Source of the DNA: Deltaproteobacteria bacterium
GTDB lineage: Bacteria; Desulfobacterota; Desulfarculia; Adiutricales; Adiutricaceae
Reading direction: 5' to 3'
DNA: 62,212 nucleotides
Assembly: GCA_031269485.1 (NCBI GenBank)
Contig: JAISZC010000135.1
Span: 1 to 62,212, forward strand
Shown here in pieces: positions 34,303 through 43,555 of this stretch (position 1 is its first letter; each line of letters opens with the position of its first letter). Position numbers and translations under genes: made by a program. The notes beneath the pieces are model-generated. The model saw only the letters and a program-made list of their open reading frames with translations. It ran no database searches and was not told the DNA's origin.

Positions 34303-34356
34303 CGCCACGCCTTTTCAGGCTGCCATGCCTTTTCAGGCCGCCATGCCGCTTCAGGC
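34303..34356. repeat. 18-bp tandem repeat x3 (GCCA(C/T)GCC(T/G)(T/C)TTCAGGC(T/C))
   Basis: Read directly from the sequence. It is intergenic, downstream of the tRNA. A separate 12-bp x2 repeat (CCGCTCAAGAGG) lies at 34489-34512. Confidence 0.85.
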
Positions 34357-34665
34357 CACGTCGGAGCCGACGGCCTTCGCCGAAAGCCCGGCCTGCGGCG
34401 GCCTGTCGGGCGCGACAATTATCGGAGATCGGACTTCCGAATCCGGAAAACGGCCTGGCCGGACTATTTTTTCGAGTCCGCCTCGAAGCCGCTCAAGAGG
34501 CCGCTCAAGAGGCCGAAGCGCGCCGTTCGTCAGGGCGTCAGGGGCGCGGGGTTTTTCAGGAGGATTATTTGGCGTATATTGGGGGGCGCGGCTTGAGCCG
34601 GCCGCCTTCCACGAGCCGTTCGGCCGGAAGCGCGGGCGGCCGCGTCGCGCGGCGTCCGGCGTCGC

Positions 34666-35928
34666 CTATCGCGCGGACGCGGAGGACCTCAGCGCCTCCG
34701 CCGCCCGTTGGCGCGGCAGCCACAAAGCCGTGGCCGTCACGCACCAATATATGTACATTAAGGGCTTGAGGCCGAAGACTTGGTCGATGAGCCCGTTGAG
34801 GGCCAGCTGTCCGGCCACGGCCACGGCCGCCCAGGCCCAGAAGAAGGTCTCCGGGTCCGGCGAGCGCAGCCGGCGACCGAGAGCCCAAAGCGGCGCCAGA
34901 TGAAGGGCCAGAAAGCCCAAAAAACCGACCAGCCCGCTTTCCGCCAGCACGGTGGCCGGGATTTGATGGGCACCGGTGTAGGGCCCCAGTTGAATCAGCG
35001 AGCCGTCGTGACGCCGGGGCAGCAGCTCCGGCGAGGGGCTGGGCACGGCGTCGGGGCCGGCGCCCAGGATGGGATGCTGCAGGAAGCTCCGCCAGCCGTG
35101 CCGCCAAAGCGAGTAGCGCACGTCGTTGGAAAAGTTGCCTTGGGATTCGGTCATTTCGGCGAAGCGGACGAAGACGTCGTCGTTGAGGGTCGTCCCCAGC
35201 GCGGCCGCGCCGGCCAGCAGCAGGGCCGCCAGCCTGACCCGGCGGCTCAAGCTCCGCCAGTTGACCGCCAAGGTCAGGGCCGAGAGCGCGGCGGCGGCGA
35301 TCAGGCCTATGCGAGAGCAGCTGACGGCCAGGCAGACGGCGGCGGCGGCCAGGCTCGCCAGGTGCAGCGCGACGCGCCGGCGGTCGCCCTTCTTGAGGGC
35401 CAGCGCCAGGGCGCCGACCATGACGGGCGTCAGCTGGCCCAGGACGGCGCCCAGCTCGATGACGCCCAGGTGGGACTTGGCGCGAATGCAGGCGAGAGTC
35501 CAGCCGGCCTGCCGCAGGACGATGACGGCGCTGACCGCCAGCCCCAGGGCCCACAGCGTCGGCAGGACGCGGCTCGTCTCCGGCTTCTGGCTCAAGGCCA
35601 GCCAAGTCAGGGGAAAGGCCGCCAGCAAGTAGAGCATGGTCCCCGTGTGGCGCAAGCTGCGCCAGGGGTCGCCGCCGGCCAGGGAGGCCAGAAGGCAGGT
35701 TCCGGCGAAGATGGCCGCCCCCCACGCCCAGGCCCGGGGCAAGGGCGGGCAGGGACGCCGGGGCAGGCGGCTGCCGGCGGCCCAAAAAAGCAGACCCCAA
35801 GCCGCCAGCAGGGCGTAGGCCAAGTTGACCCAACCGCGGGCGAAGACGCCGACGAAGGCCATGGCCGCCAGCAGGCGCGGTCCTGCGAGCGGGGCGCAGT
35901 TTTGCAAAGCGAGGCCTATTTTGGTCAC
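34666..35928 (-). CDS. O-antigen ligase / Wzy_C-family membrane protein
   Basis: 420 aa with a GTG start and a GGTGGAGAA SD. It is polytopic. The periplasmic loop ...RYSLWRHGWRSFLQHPILGAGPD... is typical of the WaaL/O-antigen polymerase family. The stop codon is TAG. Confidence 0.7.
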   Translation of the reverse strand: MTKIGLALQNCAPLAGPRLLAAMAFVGVFARGWVNLAYALLAAWGLLFWAAGSRLPRRPCPPLPRAWAWGAAIFAGTCLLASLAGGDPWRSLRHTGTMLYLLAAFPLTWLALSQKPETSRVLPTLWALGLAVSAVIVLRQAGWTLACIRAKSHLGVIELGAVLGQLTPVMVGALALALKKGDRRRVALHLASLAAAAVCLAVSCSRIGLIAAAALSALTLAVNWRSLSRRVRLAALLLAGAAALGTTLNDDVFVRFAEMTESQGNFSNDVRYSLWRHGWRSFLQHPILGAGPDAVPSPSPELLPRRHDGSLIQLGPYTGAHQIPATVLAESGLVGFLGFLALHLAPLWALGRRLRSPDPETFFWAWAAVAVAGQLALNGLIDQVFGLKPLMYIYWCVTATALWLPRQRAAEALRSSASAR

Positions 35929-36048
35929 TTCTCCACCGCCCCTTGCGGCCGGCTACTCCGCCGGTCCGCCGCCGGTCCGTCATTATTTCGGCGTCGGCCG
36001 GCGCTCGAAATTTATTCAGCCGCCGAGCGGCGAGATTGTCGAGTCGTC

Positions 36049-36921
36049 ATGTCATTGGACGTCATAATACTGACCAAGAACGAAGCCGTCAACCTGCCTG
36101 CCTGTTTGGACAGCCTTAAAAGCTTCGCCGAGCCGCCGGGCGTGACGGTGATCGACGACGGCAGCGACGACGAGACCGTCGCCCTGGCCGGGGCCGCCGG
36201 GGCGGCGGTTTTTGACCGTCGGCTCGACAGCTTCGCCGCCCAGCGCAACTTCGCGCTTGAAAAGTCCCAGGCCGATTGGGTCTTCTTTCTCGACGCGGAC
36301 GAACGCTTCACTCCGACCCTGGCCCGTTCCGTCGAGCGGACGATCGAGCGGGCGACGGCCCGCGCCGCGCCGGTCTGCGGCTCCTGCCTCCGCCGCAACT
36401 TCGCCTTCGGCCGCCGCCAGCGCTTCGGCCCCCTGGCCGCCGATCGAGTCGTGAGGCTGTTTCCGCGCCGCGAAGTCCGCTGGGAAGGCCTGGTGCACGA
36501 GCGGCCCGTCAGCCTTTGCCCCGTGGTCCGGCTAGGCGGGGCTTTGGAGCACCGCACTTATCGCGACTGGAGCCAGTTTCTGGAAAAGCTCGTCAAATAC
36601 GCCAAGCTCTGGGCCGTCGAAGCGGCCCAAGCCGGCCGCCGGGCCACGGCCCTCAAGGCGGCGATCAGGGCGGCGACGGCTTTCGGCAAAACGTTCGTCT
36701 GTCAGCTGGGCTTTTTGGGCGGACCGACGACTTGGGCCTTGTGCCTGTACAACTGCTGCTACACTCTGTCCAAATATCTTTTTTTAAGTCAACGGGCCGG
36801 GCCGTCCGGCCCGACGCCAAGCCCGACGTCAAATTCGACGCCAAGCTCGTCGCAAGGTCCGCCGTCTGGCTCGGCGTCGCAGTCCTGCGGGCCGTCAAGC
36901 GACCCGCCGCCGGCGCCATAG
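36049..36921 (+). CDS. Family 2 glycosyltransferase
   Basis: 290 aa from ATG 36049, inside the long track ORF 34780..36921. VIILTKNEAVNLPACLDSL...VIDDGSDDET...FFLDADERF are GT2 DxD-type motifs. Confidence 0.8.
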   Translation: MSLDVIILTKNEAVNLPACLDSLKSFAEPPGVTVIDDGSDDETVALAGAAGAAVFDRRLDSFAAQRNFALEKSQADWVFFLDADERFTPTLARSVERTIERATARAAPVCGSCLRRNFAFGRRQRFGPLAADRVVRLFPRREVRWEGLVHERPVSLCPVVRLGGALEHRTYRDWSQFLEKLVKYAKLWAVEAAQAGRRATALKAAIRAATAFGKTFVCQLGFLGGPTTWALCLYNCCYTLSKYLFLSQRAGPSGPTPSPTSNSTPSSSQGPPSGSASQSCGPSSDPPPAP

Positions 36922-37337
36922 CCAGAGGACCTCAAGCGCGCGGCCAAGGCCTCAGGGCCCGTCCGGCCCGTCCCTTGCCCCCGCCGCCGGCTTTCTCGTC
37001 CGTGGCCCTATGGACCAGGCCTTTGGTCAAGCCCGCGCCCGGTCCGCCCCCGACCGCCGCCGCTCCAGCGGTCTGGCCGGAGGGCCAATCGCCTCCTGCC
37101 CCAGGCGTTTCGTCGCTTCCAGGGCGAGCAGGGTTTTGAAGCAGGCGAGGCCCGCCGGCTGCGCTGGCGGGCCTCGTCGCGATCGGGTCGGCCGCTTCGT
37201 GTTCGTTTTTTTCGAAGGCCGAGCCAAAGCCGCCAGGGCACGTTCGGAGGCCCCGCGGGCTGCTAGCCGTCACGCTTGAGGCCTCCGGACGAAAGCCCCA
37301 AAGCCGCCAGCCTCGATAGGCTGTCCCGACGCCCGCC

Positions 37338-37886
37338 TCAAACGATGAACGGCCACAGGGCCTTGTGAGGCCGGGCAATGACCACCGAACTCACCAGGCC
37401 GCCGTCGCGGCCCAAGCGCTCCTCGACGGCCTTTTGGGCCGCCTCGACCTGGCCCAGCTCGCCGGTGTAGAAAACTTCGCCCTTGCCGCCCAGGCCGCGA
37501 GCCAGACGGATCTCCAGCAGACAGATTCTGGCCGTCTTGGCCGCCGCGTCGCCGGCCCGCACGGCCGAGACGGCCGCGAAGGTCTCCAAAACGCCCAAGG
37601 CGCCCAAGGTCTCCGGCTGGGTGGTTCCGGAGATGGCCGGGAGCACTTGGGGATCGACGTTGGTCAAGACATGCGAGTCGATCACGAACTCCCCGCCGCA
37701 GTCGGCGCCTTTGGCCACCGCGACGGCGACGTCGGCCGTCTCGCCGGCCACGATGGTCACGAACTTGCCCGGGCACGTCGGCGAGGCCAGCAGCAACTCG
37801 ACCTCGGCGGCTTTGAGCATCTCGTCGGTGGCCTCCACGGCCACCGGGACGGTCTTGAATTCGATCAATCCTAAGGCGGAGCTCAT
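37338..37886 (-). CDS. pduT: Tandem-BMC-domain shell protein (PduT-like BMC-T)
   Basis: 182 aa from ATG 37886. Two BMC repeats (ALGLIEFKTV... and ALGVLETFAA...). SPTCPGKF carries the Cys that ligates the 4Fe-4S cluster in PduT. Confidence 0.75.
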   Translation of the reverse strand: MSSALGLIEFKTVPVAVEATDEMLKAAEVELLLASPTCPGKFVTIVAGETADVAVAVAKGADCGGEFVIDSHVLTNVDPQVLPAISGTTQPETLGALGVLETFAAVSAVRAGDAAAKTARICLLEIRLARGLGGKGEVFYTGELGQVEAAQKAVEERLGRDGGLVSSVVIARPHKALWPFIV

Positions 37887-37890
37887 GAGA

Positions 37891-39273
37891 TCACGCTTGG
37901 CGGCGGCCGCCCTGGGCCGCGGGAGGAGTTGCGGGGAACGGCCGCGCGGCGACGACGACGAACTTTTCGTCGACGCTTTCGACGACGCCGGCCAAGCTCG
38001 CGTGGACGGGCGCCCCCAAGGCGCCTTCGGGCGGCGCGGCCACAAGCTGGCCCAAAGCCACCACGTCGCCTGGCGCCGCCAGGGGCCGGCAGGGGACGCC
38101 CAGATGCTGCTTCAGCGCCAGGCGCACCCGCTCGACGCGACCGGGATAGGGCGTCAGGGGCGCCTTGAGGCCCTCGTAGGCGCTCAGCCCCAGCCGCTGG
38201 ACCAGCCGGGGAATGGGAAAGCGGCGCAGTTCGCGGAAGCGGTTGACCGCCGTCGGGGTCCTCTTCTGAAAGCTTTTGGCCGCGGCTGGACCCAGCTGGC
38301 CCTTGAGCTCACGGTTGAGGCGCCAGGGCTGGAGCCCCATGACGCAGGCCTGCTCGCACAGCCCGCACTCGCAGCACAGAAAGGCGCCGAAGGCCGTCTC
38401 GGGGCCGTCGCCGACCTGGCCGTAGGAGGCCAGGCGCATGAGGCGGTCAGGGTGGAGACGGTGCCCAAGCAGGTTGCGGGGGCATAGCTCGGTGCAGAAC
38501 ATGCAGTGGCAGCAGGCCGCCTTGGCCGTCCGGAGCATGTCCGACAGACGGCGGCGCTTGGCCTCGGCCCGAGGGTGGCGGCGGTCGAGGACGATCAGGC
38601 CTTTGGTGGCCTTCGTCACCGGGCTGGACAAATCCTCTTCGAGACGGCCCATCATGGGGCCGCCGTTGATGACCGTCGGGTCCGGGACGAGCGCTCCGCC
38701 GCTGGCCTCGATGATCTCGGAGATGGACACGCCCAGCGGGACCTTGTAGGTGGCCGGCCGCTTGACCTCGCCGGTCACGGTGAGCCAAGTCTCGGTCACC
38801 GGCCGGCCCTCCAAGGCCGCGGCCATGTTAAGCAGGCTCTCGACGTTGACCACCACCGTTCCGCAGGCCAGCGGCAGGCCGCCTTCGGGCACGATGCGGC
38901 CCAGAACCTCGTAGACCAGCACCTGCTCGTCGCCCATGGGATAATAATTGCCCAAAGTCTTGACCGACAGCGTCGGCCGGGCGGCGGTCGCGCGCCGCAA
39001 GGCTTCCACCGCGCGGCCGTATTTCTCCTTGATCGCAAAGACGCCGCCCTTGGCGCCCAGCGCCGCCGTCAAGACCTCCAAGGCCCGCGCCAGACGGTCG
39101 GCCTCCGCTTCGGCCAGCTGCTGGTCGACCTTCAGCAACGGCTCGCACTCGGCGCCGTTGACGAGGATCCACTCCGGCGAGGAATTGAGCTTGACGGCGG
39201 CGGGAAAGCCCGCCCCGCCGGCGCCGACCACGCCGGCCGCGGCCACGGCGGAGATGAATTCGGCCTTGTCCAT
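37891..39273 (-). CDS. pduS: PduS-like cobalamin reductase (RnfC/Nqo1-like flavoprotein with two 4Fe-4S motifs)
   Basis: 460 aa from ATG 39273; an alternative TTG at 39354 abuts the eutA stop. GVVGAGGAGFPAAVKL. SLBB region. CCHCMFCTELCP and CCECGLCEQAC are ferredoxin-type clusters. Confidence 0.75.
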   Translation of the reverse strand: MDKAEFISAVAAAGVVGAGGAGFPAAVKLNSSPEWILVNGAECEPLLKVDQQLAEAEADRLARALEVLTAALGAKGGVFAIKEKYGRAVEALRRATAARPTLSVKTLGNYYPMGDEQVLVYEVLGRIVPEGGLPLACGTVVVNVESLLNMAAALEGRPVTETWLTVTGEVKRPATYKVPLGVSISEIIEASGGALVPDPTVINGGPMMGRLEEDLSSPVTKATKGLIVLDRRHPRAEAKRRRLSDMLRTAKAACCHCMFCTELCPRNLLGHRLHPDRLMRLASYGQVGDGPETAFGAFLCCECGLCEQACVMGLQPWRLNRELKGQLGPAAAKSFQKRTPTAVNRFRELRRFPIPRLVQRLGLSAYEGLKAPLTPYPGRVERVRLALKQHLGVPCRPLAAPGDVVALGQLVAAPPEGALGAPVHASLAGVVESVDEKFVVVAARPFPATPPAAQGGRRQA

Positions 39274-39350
39274 GCAAAAGCCCCGTTTTGGCGAGAGCGC
39301 CGTTTGATCGTCGGCCTTCGGCCTGGCGGACGTCCGACGGCGGCCTAAGT

Positions 39351-40817
39351 TCAACGCCCGAAAATAAGCGTTTTGACCACCACCGGCACCACCCGGCCGT
39401 TGACCACGGGCTGGCCCACGTCGATGTAGTCGCCGTTTTCGACCCTGACGGAATCGAGCGCGATGACCGTCTTGCCCGGCAAGGCCGCCTTCAGGGTCAA
39501 CCCGAGACTTTTGGCCAAATCCTCCTCGGCGACCACCACCAGCAGATCGCTGCCGGCCAAGTAGTCGTCAAGGCCTTCAAGCAGGCGGTCGCGCAGAAAG
39601 AGGACCTCCTCGTAGGAGGGGTTTTTCGGGCCCTTGAAGGCCACCGCCAAAGGCTGATAGCCGCCGGTCTCGCCCTCCTTGAACCAGGCGATCTTCTCGC
39701 TGAGCCGGGAGCTGAACCAGCGGCAGCCGTCGGCCTCGTCGTCGGGACTGAGCTTGAGGATGGGCAAGTTTTTCAGCGGCAAAACGCTCGGGTCGCTCAC
39801 CGTGACGGTCGAGCCGCTGAGCTCCAGGGAGTTCGAGCCGGCCCCCACCACGGTGGCTCTGATGGTTTCGGCCGGCCGAAGCCGCGGCACGGCCTGGAAG
39901 GCTTCGCAGCGGCGCGCGGCCCGGCCCAGCAACGGGCCGACGTCGCCATACATGAAAGGGTCGGCCGGCTCCTCGTCGGCGTAGACGAAGTCGGCCACTC
40001 CGCCGGAGAAGGTCAGCCCGGCCAAGGGCCGCAGCTCGTTGAGAGGGTGGGCGGTCACGAAAAGCGCCAAGTCGGCCTCCGCTTGGGCCCGCGTGGCGGG
40101 CGTCAGCCCCAAGCCCAGCGACTGGGCCATGATCAGAGCCAGACGCTCGCAGATTTTCGTCAAGTCAGCCAGCTGCGCCGGCTCGCCTTCCTCCAGCCTC
40201 AGGCCCAGCCCGGCGGCCAGCTTCTGGACCTTGGGGGCGACGCGCCGGAGGCGAAGCGTCGCCTGGTCCACGACGATTTGGCGGCCGCCGATGTCCAGGC
40301 ACGAGGTGTCGGCCGGGCGGCCGTCGATGAAGACGGCCGTGTTGGTGGTGCCGCCGCCGATGTCGAGGTTGGCCAGAGCCCGGCCGGGGGCGTTTTTGCT
40401 CATTTCGGCCGTGCCGGCCCCGCGGCCGGCCAGGATGCTTTCAAGATCGCTGCCGGCGGTGGCCACCACGAAGTCCCCGGCCAGGCCGCTCAAGGTCCGC
40501 AGCACGGCCTGGCTGTTTTCCTTGCGGGCCGTCTCGCCGGTGATGATGACCGCCCCGGCCGAGACGTCGGCCGGCTTGAAGCCGGCGAGACGGTACTCCT
40601 CCTCGACGATGCGCAGCACCCCCTCGGCGTCGATGACGGCGGGGCCCAGCAGGGGCGTGAATCGGATCTCGCCTTGATGGACGATTTCCTTTTCGACGAT
40701 GCGAATCCGGGGCACCGAGGCTGCTCCGGCCACATTTTCCATGGTCAGGCGGCTGAAAATGATTTGGGTGGTGGTGGTGCCCAAATCGATGCCCACGCTG
40801 ACAAGGCTCTCGGCCAT
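39351..40817 (-). CDS. eutA: Ethanolamine ammonia-lyase reactivase
   Basis: 488 aa. SVGIDLGTTTTQIIFSRL... and the repeated actin/HSP70-like ATPase folds (IGGGTTN) are typical of EutA. Confidence 0.88.
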   Translation of the reverse strand: MAESLVSVGIDLGTTTTQIIFSRLTMENVAGAASVPRIRIVEKEIVHQGEIRFTPLLGPAVIDAEGVLRIVEEEYRLAGFKPADVSAGAVIITGETARKENSQAVLRTLSGLAGDFVVATAGSDLESILAGRGAGTAEMSKNAPGRALANLDIGGGTTNTAVFIDGRPADTSCLDIGGRQIVVDQATLRLRRVAPKVQKLAAGLGLRLEEGEPAQLADLTKICERLALIMAQSLGLGLTPATRAQAEADLALFVTAHPLNELRPLAGLTFSGGVADFVYADEEPADPFMYGDVGPLLGRAARRCEAFQAVPRLRPAETIRATVVGAGSNSLELSGSTVTVSDPSVLPLKNLPILKLSPDDEADGCRWFSSRLSEKIAWFKEGETGGYQPLAVAFKGPKNPSYEEVLFLRDRLLEGLDDYLAGSDLLVVVAEEDLAKSLGLTLKAALPGKTVIALDSVRVENGDYIDVGQPVVNGRVVPVVVKTLIFGR

Positions 40818-40836
40818 CGTCGCAGTTCCCGCCCGC

Positions 40837-41592
40837 TCAGATGCCCGAATGCTCAGGCGTGAAGCCTGGGGGCAGATACTTGAACATCAGCACGTAAAAC
40901 AGGCTCGAGAGCCGGTTGAGGGCCATGATGACGTCGTCACGGTCCGACCGGCCGAATTCGTCCTGGAAGGCCGCGGCCGCGGCCAGCTCGACCTGCCGGA
41001 CCTCGCTTCTGAGCTCGTTGAGGGCCGTCGACAAGCGGCCCATCCGCCAAGAAGCCTTCAGGTGGCGGTGCCCGAAATACTTGACCGGGTTGTGGCTGCG
41101 CTCGCGCACCGCCTGCGCGTCGAGGCCCGCCAGCTTGAACTCGGGAACTTTTTCGCCGCGCAGCTCGGCTGGCAAAAGAGCCCGGACGAAGTTCAAAATT
41201 TCTTCGAGCTCGGTCGTGAAATCTTCGCGTCCAGCCTCGACGCCAAGATGCTGGGCTGAGATGATTTTGGCGCACAGCGAGTCGAGGCGGCCGCGCCAGA
41301 TGATGACGGGGTGATTTTTGGGCACGAGCCGGCGGCCGTTGAGGTGGGTCAGGCCCTCGGGCTTATGGTCCAAGACCTCGCCGCCGGGCCCCATGAAGGT
41401 CCCAGGCGGCAGCGGCTTGAACATGCCGTCGCGCGCGCCGACCCCGGGCTCCTCCCAGACGACCTTGATGTTGCGCTCTTTGAGGAAGTCCAGAGCCGCA
41501 GGCGTCGGCACCACTCCGGCGGGCACGGTCCAGGCGGGCACCGTGCGGTCCATCAGGATGCGCCTGAGCTCCGTTTCGGTCAGCGCTTTCAT
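40837..41592 (-). CDS. eutT: ATP:cob(I)alamin adenosyltransferase (EutT / PduO-fold)
   Basis: 251 aa from ATG 41592 (AGGAGGG SD). The N-terminus LTETELRRIL...VVPTPAALDFLKERNIKV resembles EutT. C-terminal ALNRLSSLFYVLMF resembles the adenosyltransferase helix bundle. Confidence 0.65.
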   Translation of the reverse strand: MKALTETELRRILMDRTVPAWTVPAGVVPTPAALDFLKERNIKVVWEEPGVGARDGMFKPLPPGTFMGPGGEVLDHKPEGLTHLNGRRLVPKNHPVIIWRGRLDSLCAKIISAQHLGVEAGREDFTTELEEILNFVRALLPAELRGEKVPEFKLAGLDAQAVRERSHNPVKYFGHRHLKASWRMGRLSTALNELRSEVRQVELAAAAAFQDEFGRSDRDDVIMALNRLSSLFYVLMFKYLPPGFTPEHSGI

Positions 41593-41639
41593 GTGCCCTC
41601 CTGCTTGAGAACGGCGGCGACGAAAAGGCCGGCCGCCGG

Positions 41640-41712
41640 CCAACCAACCAACCAACCAACCAACCAACCAACCAACCAAGTTCAACCAAGTTCAATCAAG
41701 TTCAATCAAATC
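41640..41712. repeat. (CCAA)10 microsatellite followed by about 10-bp CAAGTTCAA(C/T) repeats. On the coding strand it reads (TTGG)n.
   Basis: CCAA x10 spans exactly 41640-41679, followed by ccaagttcaa x3 variants. It lies between the eutQ stop and the eutT start. Confidence 0.95.
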
Positions 41713-41742
41713 AAACAATGGTCAGCGGCTGGCCGGTCAGGC

Positions 41743-42201
41743 TCATTGCTCGTACCAGTTGGCCGGGTAGACGACGTAGAAAAAACGCGTAAAGCCAGGA
41801 GTCGAAAACTCGATGGTGCTCTTGGCCGGGATGAAGATCACGTCGCCGGTCTGGCCGGAGACCTTGCGGCCGTCGATGAGGATGTCGAGCTGTCCGTCGA
41901 TGATGTAGTCGACCTCGTCGTAGTTCAGAGTCCACTTGAAGGTCGAGCGGTCCATTTCCATGACCCCGAAGCCCACCCTGGGGCTTTCCTGGAGGGTGGA
42001 GATGTCCTTGAGGAAAACCTTGTCGCCGGGCTTGCCGGTGTCGAAGGGCTCGGGCTTGATCTCGGCGGTCCGCACGCTCATCACGCCGCTGGGGTCGACC
42101 GTCTTGGATCCGCCGGCCGGGCCGGCGGCCAAGATCTCGGTCAGCACCTTGCGGACCAGTTTTTCCAGCTCTTTTTTGTCAATTTCGCTCATATGGCTCA
42201 C
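41743..42201 (-). CDS. eutQ: Cupin-fold ethanolamine utilisation protein EutQ
   Basis: 152 aa with GTG 42201, or ATG 42192. The C-terminal cupin WTLNYDEVDYIIDGQLDILIDG...GDVIFIPAKS is typical of EutQ. Confidence 0.85.
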   Translation of the reverse strand: MSHMSEIDKKELEKLVRKVLTEILAAGPAGGSKTVDPSGVMSVRTAEIKPEPFDTGKPGDKVFLKDISTLQESPRVGFGVMEMDRSTFKWTLNYDEVDYIIDGQLDILIDGRKVSGQTGDVIFIPAKSTIEFSTPGFTRFFYVVYPANWYEQ

Positions 42202-42319
42202 CCGTCCGCTTTGCGGCGCTTTGTCTGGTCGGCGATGGGTCGGGCCGGTCGCGCGTCGTCGCGACGACGACCGCTGGCCGGCGGAGGGAGGAGGCGGCCC
42301 CGCGAGGCCGCGCTCGCCG

Positions 42320-42592
42320 CTATTTCAGCAGTTTTTCGTCAACTTCCAAGCTGTCGATGATGCCCACGACCACGGCGTCCACGGGGCTGTCGTGATCGCC
42401 CAGGGAATTGCGGGCCACGCTGCCTTTGGTCACCAGCACGTCGTCGCCCGCGCCCGCGCCGATGGTGTCCACGGCTACGATGGTCTCCGCGCCGATTCCG
42501 CCGAACGTCTTGACCACCAGCAGCTTGCGGCCGTCGAGCTTGGGGTCTTTCTTGGTGGCCCAGACGTTGCCTAAAACCTTGCCTATGATCAT
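42320..42592 (-). CDS. eutN: BMC vertex pentamer protein (EutN/CcmL/PduN family)
   Basis: 90 aa from ATG 42592 (alternative TTG at 42619). MIIGKVLGNVWATKKDPKLDGRKLLVVK...VAVDTIGAGAGDDVLV is the canonical BMC-P sequence. Confidence 0.88.
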   Translation of the reverse strand: MIIGKVLGNVWATKKDPKLDGRKLLVVKTFGGIGAETIVAVDTIGAGAGDDVLVTKGSVARNSLGDHDSPVDAVVVGIIDSLEVDEKLLK

Positions 42593-42674
42593 GAGGTTTT
42601 CCGTCGTTGAGGTAAGCAAAGGGGCTTGGCCCTGTCGCCCGGTCCGACCGTCTCGGCCAATTCGGCCGGTCGGT

Positions 42675-43379
42675 TCAGCCGGCGACGACGGCGATTTTCT
42701 TGGCCAACAGCCAGTCGCGGGCCAGCGGCGTCAGCACGTCGCCCGGCGTCAGCCTCAGGACGCGAGCCTCGGGGCCGGTAGAGGGCGGAAAGAGCTCCTG
42801 GACCCTGGTTTCAGTCAGCACGCGGGTTCGGGGCGTCAAGTTCGGCGTCAAGTTCGGCGGCAACGGCGTCAAGTTCGACGGCCGGCCGGCGGCCGGGTCG
42901 GCGAGGGCGTCCAGCAGGCGGCTTTCATCGACGATCCGCAAGCCCGCGTTCTTGAGAGCGGCCTCGCAAGCCAGATAAACGGAAACGAGCGACCGCGGGG
43001 CGGTGTCCTTGTGTCGCCGCCAGACCAGGCCCTCTTCGAGGGCCACGGCTCGCCGGCCCTCCAGCAGCGCCGACAAAAGGACCATGCCTTCGACGGTGCA
43101 GCCTTCGTCGCCTTGGGCTGTCCGCACCAAGGCCTGGAGCCCCAAGGACGTCAGCAAAACCGGGGCCGGGGGCCATTGGCCCGGTTCCCTGCCTTCGGCC
43201 GGCGTGATCTCGTGGCGGGCCTCCAGGGCGGCGCGCGTTTGCGGCGCGAGTCCGTCGAGAGAGCCGACCGTCAAAAGGGGCGTCCTGGGCGCCGGGACGG
43301 CGGCCCCGTCGGAGGCGGCCTTGAGGCGCTTGAGGATTTCGGTCGTCACGAGTTCGACCAAGGCGTCGTCGATCTGCAT
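42675..43379 (-). CDS. pduM: PduM-like microcompartment structural protein
   Basis: 234 aa. The N-terminal amphipathic helix DDALVELVTTEILKRLK resembles the PduM N-terminus and encapsulation peptides. The C-terminal LTPGDVLTPLARDWLLAKKI motif is as in PduM/EutT N-domains. Contains an LTP(N/L)-rich linker. Confidence 0.45.
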   Translation of the reverse strand: MQIDDALVELVTTEILKRLKAASDGAAVPAPRTPLLTVGSLDGLAPQTRAALEARHEITPAEGREPGQWPPAPVLLTSLGLQALVRTAQGDEGCTVEGMVLLSALLEGRRAVALEEGLVWRRHKDTAPRSLVSVYLACEAALKNAGLRIVDESRLLDALADPAAGRPSNLTPLPPNLTPNLTPRTRVLTETRVQELFPPSTGPEARVLRLTPGDVLTPLARDWLLAKKIAVVAG

Positions 43380-43555
43380 GTCTTCTCTCCTTGGCGCCGG
43401 GTTCGTCGAATCCCGAAGGTTCGGGGCGGGCGAAGGCGTCGGGCGGCTCGGCCTGGACTTGGCCCCTCAAGAGCTCGGCGAGGCGCCTGAGGGGCTTTGG
43501 CGAGGCCGAGGCGCGCCAAAAGCTCCAGGCCGGCCAAGGGCCGCCGGCTCGGCTC

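Noticed and set aside
34066-34665. tRNA-Lys as an integration site for a genomic island
   Set aside because: No integrase, no repeat of the tRNA 3' end downstream and no compositional shift were seen. Only short tandem repeats follow.
41592-41685. Translated (LVGW)n N-terminal extension of EutT, which would make the CCAA tract a coding phase-variation switch
   Set aside because: It would need a TTG start with no SD. The ATG at 41592 has a strong AGGAGGG SD and matches the EutT N-terminus. The tract is therefore treated as intergenic.
14532-41712. CRISPR arrays among the tandem repeats (14532, 34303, 34489, 41640)
   Set aside because: The units are 4-18 bp and directly abutting, with no spacers. 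No cas genes are present.
42675-43379. The 234-aa eut-locus protein as the missing phosphotransacylase PduL
   Set aside because: It lacks the repeated RHIH-type and GP.R..QVE motifs I recall for PduL. Its N-terminal helix and C-terminal LTP..A.D.L motif fit PduM-like proteins better.
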